NCBI GenBank assembly: GCA_031414955.1
Contig: JANOQV010000217.1
Span: forward strand, 1-54,818
Direction of reading: 5' to 3'
Length of the DNA stretch: 54,818 bases
Source of the DNA: Pedosphaera sp.
Lineage (GTDB): Bacteria; Verrucomicrobiota; Verrucomicrobiia; Limisphaerales; SIBH01
Under the pieces are notes generated by a model. That model made no database searches, was not told the DNA's origin, and saw only the letters and a list, made by a program, of their open reading frames with translations. Below, piece by piece: positions 29,483 through 39,688 of the stretch. Every line of letters begins with the position of its first letter. Position 1 is the stretch's first letter. The translations under genes were made by a program, and so were the position numbers.

Positions 29483-31516
29483 CTACTTCTTCAAATCATC
29501 AAAATAATCCCGCACTGCGCCGCGATAGGCGCGCGGGACTTGATCCTGATTGAGCGCGCTCTGCGCATCGGTCTGGGCGGCGGTGGCGGCTTCCTCGAAC
29601 TGGACCTTGCTCTGGCCTTTGATGGACACGCCCTTGAGCGTGATGCTCGGCATCTGCCCTCCGGGGGCCATCTGGCCTTTCACTTTGGTGGGCTTGAGGG
29701 CTTCGTTGAGCGAGGCGTCGCGCTCGCTGAGACCGCGCGCGTCCATGTCGGGCCGCTCGATGCCGGAGTTGTTCACGGGCGTCTGGGGAACATTCTGTGG
29801 GTAGTAAGTCCAACCGGTTTCATCGGCCCAGGTGCCGACGCCGCTCGCGCCCTTGCCCGCGCCATCTTTCCAACCACGGCCTTTGCAGGCGAAGCAGCCC
29901 GCGCCACTGCAATACGGACACTGGCCGCCAGCTTTGCACTGGCCCCAGCCTTTGCCGGACTGGATGGCCTGCTGCGCGCGCTCCAGCATCTCCATCATCT
30001 GCGCGAGTTGCTGCGCGTCCTGCATTTGCTGCGCGAGCTTGTCGAGTTCCTTGGCGGCTTCGGCGAGGGCCTGTGCGGCTTCGGATTTCGCCTGCTGCTT
30101 TTGCGCATCAGAGTTCTTGCCGCTCTGCGCCTGCTGCATCTGCTTGACCGCGTTCTTCAAATGCTCGGCGACCTTGCCGTATTCGCCCGCCGGTGAGAGT
30201 GCCTTGGAAACCTCCTCCATGATCTTGTCCATCTGCTCCTTGGACATCGCACCGCTCTTTAATTGTTGCACCATCTTCTGCAACGTCTGCTGCGCCGCGT
30301 CGGTCTGCGCGTTCTTCAACTGCTCGGCGAGATCCTTGCCCATCTGCGCGTTGGCCTGCTGCTGTTGCATGGACTGCAACTGCTTCGCCATGTCCGCGAG
30401 CTTCTTCAAATCCTCGCCCGCCACGTTCATGTCCTTCACGAACTGATCGGTGTTGCCCTGCTGAAGCGCCTTGAGCGCGTCTTCGAGGCTCTCCATCGGC
30501 AGGCCGGCGTCCTTCATCTGCTGGGCGAGATTGCCAAGCATCTGCGAGAGCTGTTCGCGCGCGGCCTTGCCTTCGGGAGAATTCTTGTCGGGCAGATTGG
30601 CGGCGAGTTGCTGCGCCTTGGCGAGATCCTGTTGGAACTTCTCCATCTTGCCGGGCTCGTTGGCGCCGTTGCCGAGCGCTTTTTGCAACGCATCAATCTG
30701 TTTCTGCATGGCGTCGGAGGCCTGGTTGCCGGAATTGCCACTCTGTTCACGGGCCGCGCGTTCCAAAGGCTTGAGGGCACCGGCGCGATCCAACTCCTTC
30801 GTTTCCTGCGCGACCTTCTCACGCACGCTGGCGATGTCCTTGAGCGCATCGGCCTTGGTGAGGGAAAGCTTCTGCAACTGCTGCCCAAGTTCTTCGACCT
30901 TCTCGATGGCCTTCTGCGTTTCTTCGCGGGCGGGCGGCTTGGTTTCAATCACGCGCTTGGCGATCTCGGTGAGTTGCTTGCCGGTGTCCTTGATATTCGC
31001 GGCGTCGGCCTGCTTCTGAAGGTGTTTCTTCGAGCGGTACTCGGGCACGAAACCCAACCCCGCCGCGACAACCAGAATGAGCAGCGCCCAGCGCGTCACT
31101 CGCGGGAGATGGAACGGCAGCAATTTTTTCGCATCCAGCCCCTTGGCGTGCTGCGAGGCATCGGCCACCAGCAACGTCTTCCATTCTCCCTCGACGGGCG
31201 ACTGCGAAAACTCCAGGGCGGTGCTCAGGCGCTCCTTGAGATTCTGTTTCATGTCCACCCAGCGCGCGGTTTCGCTCGCCGATGATTTGCGCCAGCCGCC
31301 CACGATGGCTCCGATGAGAATGGCCGCCAGTCCGGCCAACCCACCGTAGGCCAGCACAGCCATGGGCACGGGGCAGAATTTGTAAACGAGGAGTGAGATG
31401 AGCCAGAGAACGCTCGCGATCAGGAGTCCGTGCCACGCGCCGCGCAGGGTGCGGTCGAGACGACGGCGTTGCGCGGCCTGCTGCAATGCGGTTTCGATGT
31501 GGCGCATGTCACTCAT
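29483..31516 (-). CDS. Membrane-anchored Gln-rich coiled-coil protein, probable MoxR-operon partner
   Basis: Three N-terminal TM segments, LKERLSTALE, long coiled coil, C-terminal VPRAYRGAVRDYF. Confidence 0.75.
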   Translation of the reverse strand: MSDMRHIETALQQAAQRRRLDRTLRGAWHGLLIASVLWLISLLVYKFCPVPMAVLAYGGLAGLAAILIGAIVGGWRKSSASETARWVDMKQNLKERLSTALEFSQSPVEGEWKTLLVADASQHAKGLDAKKLLPFHLPRVTRWALLILVVAAGLGFVPEYRSKKHLQKQADAANIKDTGKQLTEIAKRVIETKPPAREETQKAIEKVEELGQQLQKLSLTKADALKDIASVREKVAQETKELDRAGALKPLERAAREQSGNSGNQASDAMQKQIDALQKALGNGANEPGKMEKFQQDLAKAQQLAANLPDKNSPEGKAAREQLSQMLGNLAQQMKDAGLPMESLEDALKALQQGNTDQFVKDMNVAGEDLKKLADMAKQLQSMQQQQANAQMGKDLAEQLKNAQTDAAQQTLQKMVQQLKSGAMSKEQMDKIMEEVSKALSPAGEYGKVAEHLKNAVKQMQQAQSGKNSDAQKQQAKSEAAQALAEAAKELDKLAQQMQDAQQLAQMMEMLERAQQAIQSGKGWGQCKAGGQCPYCSGAGCFACKGRGWKDGAGKGASGVGTWADETGWTYYPQNVPQTPVNNSGIERPDMDARGLSERDASLNEALKPTKVKGQMAPGGQMPSITLKGVSIKGQSKVQFEEAATAAQTDAQSALNQDQVPRAYRGAVRDYFDDLKK

Positions 31517-31594
31517 AGCGCGGTCACGCTGCCCCAGGCGGTGGGGATTGGCGAGCGCATTTCCTGTCCAATTCCAATGTCCGGGAGAGAGTCA

Positions 31595-31659
31595 TTGAAA
31601 ACCCAGGAACTCAGAAAAGAGGCGATTTCGCTCTCCTCTTTTCTAAATTCCAAATTCAA
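31595..31659. repeat. Degenerate GGAACTCAG(G/A)AA hairpin element
   Basis: ggaactcagaaaagagg ... cctcttttctaaattcc; shares its arm motif with 34484-34537. Confidence 0.55.
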
Positions 31660-31669
31660 AAGTTTCCCC

Positions 31670-31915
31670 TCACTGTTTCTCATATTCCCCTTTGTTCACC
31701 CGTTTGAGCACGGTGAACCCCGCCTTCTTGGCGTCGGTAATCGACAGTGGTTTGAGTTTCTGCGGGGAGTTGAAACCTGAGATGAGCTTGTGAACGGGCT
31801 TCTTGCAGGCCGGGCAGGCCTTCAATTCCACCGCCGTCACCGGTCGGCGCAGGGTGAACCGCCCGCCGCAGGCCGCGCAGCTTCCTTCGCACAACTCGTA
31901 TTCGTAGAGAGGCAT
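31670..31915 (-). CDS. FmdB-family zinc ribbon protein
   Basis: MPLYEY..C..CAACG...CPACKKPVHKLIS. Confidence 0.85.
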   Translation of the reverse strand: MPLYEYELCEGSCAACGGRFTLRRPVTAVELKACPACKKPVHKLISGFNSPQKLKPLSITDAKKAGFTVLKRVNKGEYEKQ

Positions 31916-32073
31916 GGGGCAATGTGTGGAGTCTGGGGGCCAAAGTCCAATCGCCAGTGGCCGGCGGGCCGGCCTCAGACCCCAGGCACCCAGGAGGCCA
32001 AAACACCCCAAGTTTACTATTGCACCCGAGACTTCTGCCGCTACCTTGTCGCGCTCTGGAAATTTAGAACACC

Positions 32074-32328
32074 ATGAATCCTGAACTGGCGAAGCAAGCA
32101 CTGGTCAAAGTCGGCAACCCGAACGTCCTCGTAAACATCGTTTCCCGGCGCGTCCGGCAGTTGAACGCCGGCGGCGGCGGCATGGGCCGCCCCCTCGTCA
32201 GCGACACCGCCAATCTCGGCTATGGCGACATCGCCCTGCTGGAAATCATTCACGACAAGATCGGGTTCGACATGCCCGAAGCCCACGTCCTGATCGAGCA
32301 GAAGCCCAAGCGCAAGCGCAAGAGCTAG
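32074..32328 (+). CDS. rpoZ: RNA polymerase omega subunit-like protein
   Basis: 84 aa, LVNIVSRRVRQL, IALLEI. Confidence 0.7.
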   Translation: MNPELAKQALVKVGNPNVLVNIVSRRVRQLNAGGGGMGRPLVSDTANLGYGDIALLEIIHDKIGFDMPEAHVLIEQKPKRKRKS

Positions 32329-32351
32329 AACACTGGCCATCGCGGATTGTG

Positions 32352-32397
32352 GGTTGAAGGTTGCAGGTTTGGCGCGGGCCTTGAACCAGCAACCTTC
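32352..32397. repeat. Empty GGTTGAA heptamer hairpin
   Basis: gaaggttgcaggtt (32356-32369) pairs 13/14 with aaccagcaaccttc (32384-32397). Confidence 0.7.
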
Positions 32398-32418
32398 GAA
32401 TTTTAAGCTGCAACCCAG

Positions 32419-32877
32419 ATGGCAGACATCGTTTCCAATCCCAAGGCCCGGCGCGACTACCACATCCTCGACACCTTCGAGGCTGGGCTGGTCTTGCGCG
32501 GCACCGAGGTCAAATCCATCCGCGGCGGCAAAGTCCAGATTGGCGATGCCTTCGCCCGGGCCGAGAAGAACGAAATCTGGCTCTACAACGCCCATATCGA
32601 CGAATTCACCCACGGCAACCTCTACAACCACGCCCCCAAGGCGCCGCGCAAGTTGCTCCTCCATCGCACCGAGATTCGCAAGCTTTTCGGACTGGCGGCC
32701 GTCAAGGGCAACGCCCTCTTCCCGCTCGCGATGTATTGGAAGAACGGACGGGTGAAAGTTTTGCTTGGCGTGGGCAAAGGCAAGCAGCAGTTCGACAAGC
32801 GTGAAGACATGCGGGAGCGCGAGGCCGAACGCGAGATCAAGCGCGTGACCATGCATCAGTTCAAAGGCAAGCGGTGA
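32419..32877 (+). CDS. smpB: SsrA-binding protein
   Basis: N.KARRDY, EAGLVLRGTEVKSIR, RKLLLHR.EI, GKQQFDKRE. Confidence 0.96.
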   Translation: MADIVSNPKARRDYHILDTFEAGLVLRGTEVKSIRGGKVQIGDAFARAEKNEIWLYNAHIDEFTHGNLYNHAPKAPRKLLLHRTEIRKLFGLAAVKGNALFPLAMYWKNGRVKVLLGVGKGKQQFDKREDMREREAEREIKRVTMHQFKGKR

Positions 32878-33045
32878 ACCATTCCTGGCGCGTAGCCTCA
32901 TGCGTTTCTCCCGCCAGCGAAACCTGCGCAGGTGAATGAAGCGCCGTGCCACCACCCCGGCCTTGGTTTAGCCCAACCCTCCCCGCCGGAACCTGGGCGC
33001 GCCTTTCCATCCGTCGCAGCTGGACAGGTTTCTCCAAATGCAAAG

Positions 33046-33072
33046 ACGCCACTGGCTCTTCACCAGTGGCGT
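33046..33072 (-). terminator. Probable intrinsic terminator downstream of eno
   Basis: 10-bp stem ACGCCACTGG/CCAGTGGCGT followed on the minus strand by CTTTGCATTT. Confidence 0.6.
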
Positions 33073-33099
33073 GTGTGACAACCGTCGTGTGGGCTTGGA

Positions 33100-34380
<1,281 letters not shown>

Positions 34381-34483
34381 TCAATTTCAGGGTTCAGTGT
34401 TCAATTTCCAAAACGAGCGCGCATGATTCATGGCGGGGAAATGGGAGTCAAGTTGTCACGCGGAAGGTAGAGGCTCATTTTGA

Positions 34484-34537
34484 ATTTGGAACTCAGGAAT
34501 GGATCGATCCCCCCACCCGAGTTCCTCAGTTCCAAAT
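34484..34537. repeat. GGAACTCAGGAA hairpin element
   Basis: atttggaactcaggaa (34484-34499) pairs 15/16 with ttcctcagttccaaat (34522-34537). Confidence 0.75.
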
Positions 34538-34551
34538 GGAATCCATTCGAC

Positions 34552-36858
34552 TCAAGGGCAAAACTGGCGGCGGCAGCGGCGCGATAGAAGAACCGAGGCC
34601 AACCCCAGCAGCGCAAGCGATCCGGAAATCCAGGCTCCGACACGAAACCGCTGATCCTCGTAACGCAGCACGACGCGATGCTGGCCGGCGGGAACCTGGA
34701 GAGCTTGAAAGCCGTGGTTCGCCCGCCAGAGAGGAACGGGCGCACCCTCCAAATACGCCTTCCACGGAGCGTAGAAGGACTGGGAGATGCTGACCATCGT
34801 CGGCCCGCGCGCAGTCACGTCAAACTCAAGCCGGTGGGCGGTCATCGGGCCGGGCGCGATGCGGACTTGCGATTGAGGCCCGGCCGAAACCGCCGCCCTG
34901 GCTTCCGGCGGCAAGAGCACTTCGGTGCGCGGATTGAAGTTGCTGTAAAGAATGGTGTTTAGCGTCTCGCTCTCGGCCACGAAGCGCGGCTCTTGCCCGG
35001 CGGAAATAACCGGCAAGGCATTGGAGCGCTGGCTCCACTCGGTCATTTGCCCCGGCGCGGTCATGAACCGGATGCCCAGGACGTCCGCCACCGTTTCATG
35101 CACGGAATGATCGTCGGGGAAAATCCTGTATTGCACGTCCTGCTGCCGCGACAGGTAGAGCGAAAAAAAACCGTCCGGCTTGGCGATGCCGTCCAAGAGG
35201 TTCAGGTTGTGCGATTGCCCCAGCCGCGCGGCGAGGTAGTTCCGGTCCAGATCGGGACTGGTCATCTGGCGAAATCCCTGGAGAGCCGCGAAGTTGAGCA
35301 TGACGCGGGCCTGCCCCGGTCCGGCCTGTTCTCGCAAGGGCTGGAGTTCGGCCAGGCGCGGGGCCAAAGCCGCCGGGTTGGCCGTGGGATTCTGCCAGGG
35401 AAGGTGAGTGAAAAAGTCGGCGGCGAGAAGGGCCAGCCAGGCCAGGCTCAGGCCGATCGCCATCCGTCCGGAAGTTTTGCGCCCCGCCACCAGGCCCGCG
35501 ACCAGCAAGGCAAACAAGCCGGCGCGAGTCAAACCGGGGCCCACGACAGCGGCATTCTGGCCGGCCAATGGATGCTGCCCGGCAAACCACATGATGAAGG
35601 CGAGGGCAGCGAGCAACACTCCGCCCAGAACCAACGGCAGGCGCAAGCTGGCCGCAGCGGGGCGCGCAACGGCGCCGGCGTCTGGCCCCAGCACCGGTCG
35701 CACCGCGCGCATCAGTTCGGCCAGACCGAGGGCCGCCAGCACCGTCAGCGGCACTGCGAGCAGGAATACCATCTTCACGGGATAGCGGATGAAGCCCAGT
35801 GCGCCAATGTAGTGCTTGAGGAAGGGCCAGATGAAGCCCTCGTCGCCCAAGGCCAGCAGGAGCGCGCACCCCACCAGCACGGCCCAGGCCCAGACGCGGG
35901 CCGGGCGCGCACGCACCACCGCCACGAGAGCCAGCCAAAGCGTCACGACCCCGAAGTAATAGGAGGAAGTCCAGGCCTGGCCGATTTGAAACGTCACCCC
36001 GGCGCTGGAGGTGACAGTGCGAAACTCGGGCACGAGCAAGTTCGCCCAACCCCACGCCGGCATGGCCCAACCGCCCGTGTCGTAGGCCGCGGTACGCTGC
36101 GATTGCTGGATGAGTTCAAGCAAGGGCAGCAATTGAACGGCGCTGAGAGCGACCACTCCGGCCACCACGACGGCGAAGCGCAAGAGCGATCGCCACCAGG
36201 AGGATCGGTTGGAATCGACCATGCCCAACCAGATCACCCCGGCGGCCACCCAGGTGAGCAGGAAGGCTTCCGGCGCGCCGGCCATGAACTGGGCGGTGCC
36301 CGCGAGGATGGCGGGGAGCAACGCCCAACCGCCCCGCTCCCAGGCACGCGAGAGCAGCAACAAAACCCAGGGCATCCAGCCCAGGGCCGCGATGTTGTTC
36401 GGCCACATCAGGCAATGCAGCGCGAGACCGTTGCACGCGAAGACGATCCCCGCGAAGACGGCGGCAAAGTTTGATCCTGTCCAACGCCGCGCCAGGAAGT
36501 ACATCCCCACCCCGCCGAACCAGAGATGCAGCAGGCAGAATAGATTCAACGACCAAGGCAGAGGCAGGAGCAGATAGATGAGCGACCCCGGATAAAACAC
36601 CATCGTGTTCCACTGCGCGGCGAAGGGCAGCCCGCAGTTGTTGAGGGGATTCCAGAGCGGGATTTCACCTTGCCAGAAACTCTCCCGGTGAAAATGCGCG
36701 AGCGGGTAGCCGAACAATCCAAAATCCCGGAAGACAAAAGACTGAAAGCCGAACACGACCGGCGCGAAACAGGCCGTGAGGAGCAGGCCCAGCAGAAGGG
36801 CAAAGCGCCGCGCGGAGAAGAAGGCGTCGACAGGCGCGGCGCGTTCGGTGTCATTCAT
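34552..36858 (-). CDS. YfhO-family polytopic membrane protein (GT-C-like)
   Basis: PLWNP...GLPF, FYP, many TM segments, C-terminal SQSFYAPWKA..G....RANHGFQA.V.AGQH.V..RY. Confidence 0.82.
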   Translation of the reverse strand: MNDTERAAPVDAFFSARRFALLLGLLLTACFAPVVFGFQSFVFRDFGLFGYPLAHFHRESFWQGEIPLWNPLNNCGLPFAAQWNTMVFYPGSLIYLLLPLPWSLNLFCLLHLWFGGVGMYFLARRWTGSNFAAVFAGIVFACNGLALHCLMWPNNIAALGWMPWVLLLLSRAWERGGWALLPAILAGTAQFMAGAPEAFLLTWVAAGVIWLGMVDSNRSSWWRSLLRFAVVVAGVVALSAVQLLPLLELIQQSQRTAAYDTGGWAMPAWGWANLLVPEFRTVTSSAGVTFQIGQAWTSSYYFGVVTLWLALVAVVRARPARVWAWAVLVGCALLLALGDEGFIWPFLKHYIGALGFIRYPVKMVFLLAVPLTVLAALGLAELMRAVRPVLGPDAGAVARPAAASLRLPLVLGGVLLAALAFIMWFAGQHPLAGQNAAVVGPGLTRAGLFALLVAGLVAGRKTSGRMAIGLSLAWLALLAADFFTHLPWQNPTANPAALAPRLAELQPLREQAGPGQARVMLNFAALQGFRQMTSPDLDRNYLAARLGQSHNLNLLDGIAKPDGFFSLYLSRQQDVQYRIFPDDHSVHETVADVLGIRFMTAPGQMTEWSQRSNALPVISAGQEPRFVAESETLNTILYSNFNPRTEVLLPPEARAAVSAGPQSQVRIAPGPMTAHRLEFDVTARGPTMVSISQSFYAPWKAYLEGAPVPLWRANHGFQALQVPAGQHRVVLRYEDQRFRVGAWISGSLALLGLASVLLSRRCRRQFCP

Positions 36859-37070
36859 CGTGGGAAGAATGGCAAAGCCACCGCGCAAAATCCAAAGTAC
36901 AAATATCAAAGGCCGGCGAGAGCCGGGACTCAGCGCGCAGCCGCGAAATCCCAACCCCTGGGATTCCGGGCGGCCTTGGCGTGACCGCCTCCGTCCATGC
37001 ACAGCCTGCGCAGCCACCGCTCAACCTTTGGCTGACACCGCACCCGCCGGCTGCTACGGTGCGCGCATTC

Positions 37071-39608
37071 ATGAAATCCGCCGGGATGTTACGCCTGTTC
37101 TGTTTTGCCGCCGGCCTCGCCTGCAGCGGGGCCGCGTTGGCCCAGCAAGCGCCGGAGTTCCGCGCCCTTTGGGTGGACACCTTCCACGCCGCGATGCGGA
37201 ACAGCAACGAGGTCTCGGCCCTGGTCAACACCGCGCGCGGCTCGAACTTCAACGCCATCATCGTGGAGGTGCGCAAGCGTGGGGATGCCTATTACAACAG
37301 CACCCTGGAGCCGAAGGCGTCCGATGTTTCGCCGCAGACGTTCGACCCGCTGGCGGATTTGATCGACAAGGCGCACCACGGGGGACGGCGCATCGAGGTT
37401 CATGCCTGGATGACCACTTACCTCGCCTGGAACAGCCAGAGTGTCCTGCCCACGCAGACCAATCATCCTTTTCTGCTGCACTCGAACTGGTTGAGCTTGA
37501 ACAACGCGGGCACGAACTGGGACGGGGCCAACTTCCAGTTCGATCAGGGACTGCCCGAGGTGCAGAAGCATGTTTACAACGTGGCCATGGACATCGTCTC
37601 ACGCTACGACGTGGACGGGCTGAACTTTGATTACGTGCGCTACTCGGGCAAGACCTGGGGGTATCACACCAACACGCTCGACCGCTTTCGGAGGCGTTAC
37701 AACTTCGCCGGCACGCCGGCCACCACCAATGCGCAATGGCTCCAGTTCCGTCGGGATCAAATCAGCGGGCTGGTGCGCAAGGTTTATCTCCACGCCCTCG
37801 CGCTCAAGCCTCAGATCAAAATTTCCGCCGACACGATTTGCTTCGCGCCCGGCATCACGGATGACGCGGGCTGGTTCGCCTCGGCGGCGGCGTGGACGGA
37901 TGTGTTGCAGGACTGGCGGGGCTGGATGCGGGAGGGGATTTTGGATTTGAACGTGCCGATGATGTATTTCCGCCAACCGTTGAACGGGGCCGACTGGGCG
38001 GCCTGGAGCATCTTCGCGAAGGAACATGCTTACGGACGGCAGGTGGCGCTGGGGCAGGGTTCGTATCTGAACACGCTGACCAACGTGATTTATCAGTTGC
38101 GCACGACGCGCCACACGACGGTGAACTCGAACGCGACGGCGGCGGGGATGGCGATCTACTCCTACGCCGTGCCGACGAGCGACACGACGGCGGCGGCGGC
38201 GTTCAACGCGCTCGTGCAGCCCACGAGCTACGATCCGAATCCCGTGCCGCTTTTCACCAACGCCGTGACCACGCCGGAGATGGTTTGGAAAACCACGCCG
38301 ACCGTCGGGCATTTGAAGGGCACGGTGCGCTCGGCTTTGACCAGCAATGAACTCGACGGCGCGACGATCAGTATCAGCGGGCCGGTCGCGGCCGGGCGGA
38401 CCAATGACGCGACGGGCTTCTATGGCTTCGTGCATCTGCCGCCGGGCAGTTACAATGTCACCGCCAGCTACAGCAATCTGGCCAGCCAGAGCGCGACCAT
38501 TCTGATCACGACCGGTGCGGTCAGCACGCTGGATTTCTCCCTCGGCCTGTCCAATGCGCCCTTGCTCAACTTGCGGGCCTGGCCCGGCCGCACCGAGGCG
38601 CTGGTGGCCTGGACGACGACGAACGCCAGCGATTCGCAAGTGGAGTTCGGCCTGACGCCGGTCTTGGGCGAATCGAGCTGGCGCGACCGGGCGGTGGCCA
38701 CAAATCACGTCGTGCTGCTGACCGGACTGCTGCCGAACACGAACTACTTTTTCCGAGCCGTGTCCCGCACCGCGAGCGCCACGAATGTTTCCGTGGTGGA
38801 TTCCTTCCCCACGGCGGGAGACATCATCATGGACAACGGGGCCGCGTCCTTGGCGGGCGGCTGGACCACGGCCAACATTTCGGCGGACAAGTACGGCGCC
38901 GACTATGTTTATGCCTCGACCACCGCGACGGCGGCCACCGCGACCTACACTCCGAACATCACGACGCTGGGCTTTTACGACCTTTACGTCTGGTATCCGC
39001 AAGGCGGCAACCGTCCCACCAACGCGCCGTTCCTGCTCGCCTTCAACGGCGGCACGGCGGCGGGCGTGGTGAACCAGACCACGGGCGGCGGCGGTTGGCG
39101 GTTGGTGGCCACGAACAAACCCTTCGCGCGCGGCACGGGCGGATATTTCCAATGGCAGAACACGCCCGCTGAAAGCGGCAATGTCGTGATGGCTGACGCC
39201 GTGAAGTTCACTTACTCGCCCGGACAGGAACCACCCGCCCCAGGCCAGGTGCCACTGTGGTGGGGGGAGTTTTTTTTTGGCGGCCCGGTGAACGCCGGCC
39301 TTGATCCAGACACCGATGGCTGGACGACGGCGAAGGAATACGTGGTTGGATCGGACCCGCTGCGGGCAGCATCAAGGCTGGATTTTCATATCGAGGATCA
39401 CTTCTCGCCCGTATTGCGGACAAGCTTCGCGCCGTTCCATTCCGGTCGGATTTATGAATTGGAGCAGGAGCCAGTCCTGGGCACGAACGGCTGGTCAGCC
39501 ACGGGCCTGACCGCGCAATCCCTGCCGAATGGGGACGGGGTTTTCGCAGTCACGAACCCGCCTTCCGTCCAGAAATTTTATCGACTTCGCGTGCATCTTG
39601 CACCTTAG
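37071..39608 (+). CDS. Secreted GHL10/UPF0748-type glycoside hydrolase with C-terminal accessory beta domains
   Basis: Signal peptide, EFRALWV, EVRKRGDAYY, FDPLA, IEVHAW, YDVDGLNFDYVRY, QDWRGW; FN3-like module; ends KFYRLRVHLAP. Confidence 0.85.
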   Translation: MKSAGMLRLFCFAAGLACSGAALAQQAPEFRALWVDTFHAAMRNSNEVSALVNTARGSNFNAIIVEVRKRGDAYYNSTLEPKASDVSPQTFDPLADLIDKAHHGGRRIEVHAWMTTYLAWNSQSVLPTQTNHPFLLHSNWLSLNNAGTNWDGANFQFDQGLPEVQKHVYNVAMDIVSRYDVDGLNFDYVRYSGKTWGYHTNTLDRFRRRYNFAGTPATTNAQWLQFRRDQISGLVRKVYLHALALKPQIKISADTICFAPGITDDAGWFASAAAWTDVLQDWRGWMREGILDLNVPMMYFRQPLNGADWAAWSIFAKEHAYGRQVALGQGSYLNTLTNVIYQLRTTRHTTVNSNATAAGMAIYSYAVPTSDTTAAAAFNALVQPTSYDPNPVPLFTNAVTTPEMVWKTTPTVGHLKGTVRSALTSNELDGATISISGPVAAGRTNDATGFYGFVHLPPGSYNVTASYSNLASQSATILITTGAVSTLDFSLGLSNAPLLNLRAWPGRTEALVAWTTTNASDSQVEFGLTPVLGESSWRDRAVATNHVVLLTGLLPNTNYFFRAVSRTASATNVSVVDSFPTAGDIIMDNGAASLAGGWTTANISADKYGADYVYASTTATAATATYTPNITTLGFYDLYVWYPQGGNRPTNAPFLLAFNGGTAAGVVNQTTGGGGWRLVATNKPFARGTGGYFQWQNTPAESGNVVMADAVKFTYSPGQEPPAPGQVPLWWGEFFFGGPVNAGLDPDTDGWTTAKEYVVGSDPLRAASRLDFHIEDHFSPVLRTSFAPFHSGRIYELEQEPVLGTNGWSATGLTAQSLPNGDGVFAVTNPPSVQKFYRLRVHLAP

Positions 39609-39688
39609 ATGGCCGCGTTTCTTGAACCCATCGCGTGCGTCTGCCCGGACTCCAGGCCGCGCCGCGATTCCAAGTGTGAAATGATTCT

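Noticed and set aside
32878..33099. tmRNA next to smpB
   Set aside because: The gap is only about 220 nt and lacks the tRNA-like ends of tmRNA.
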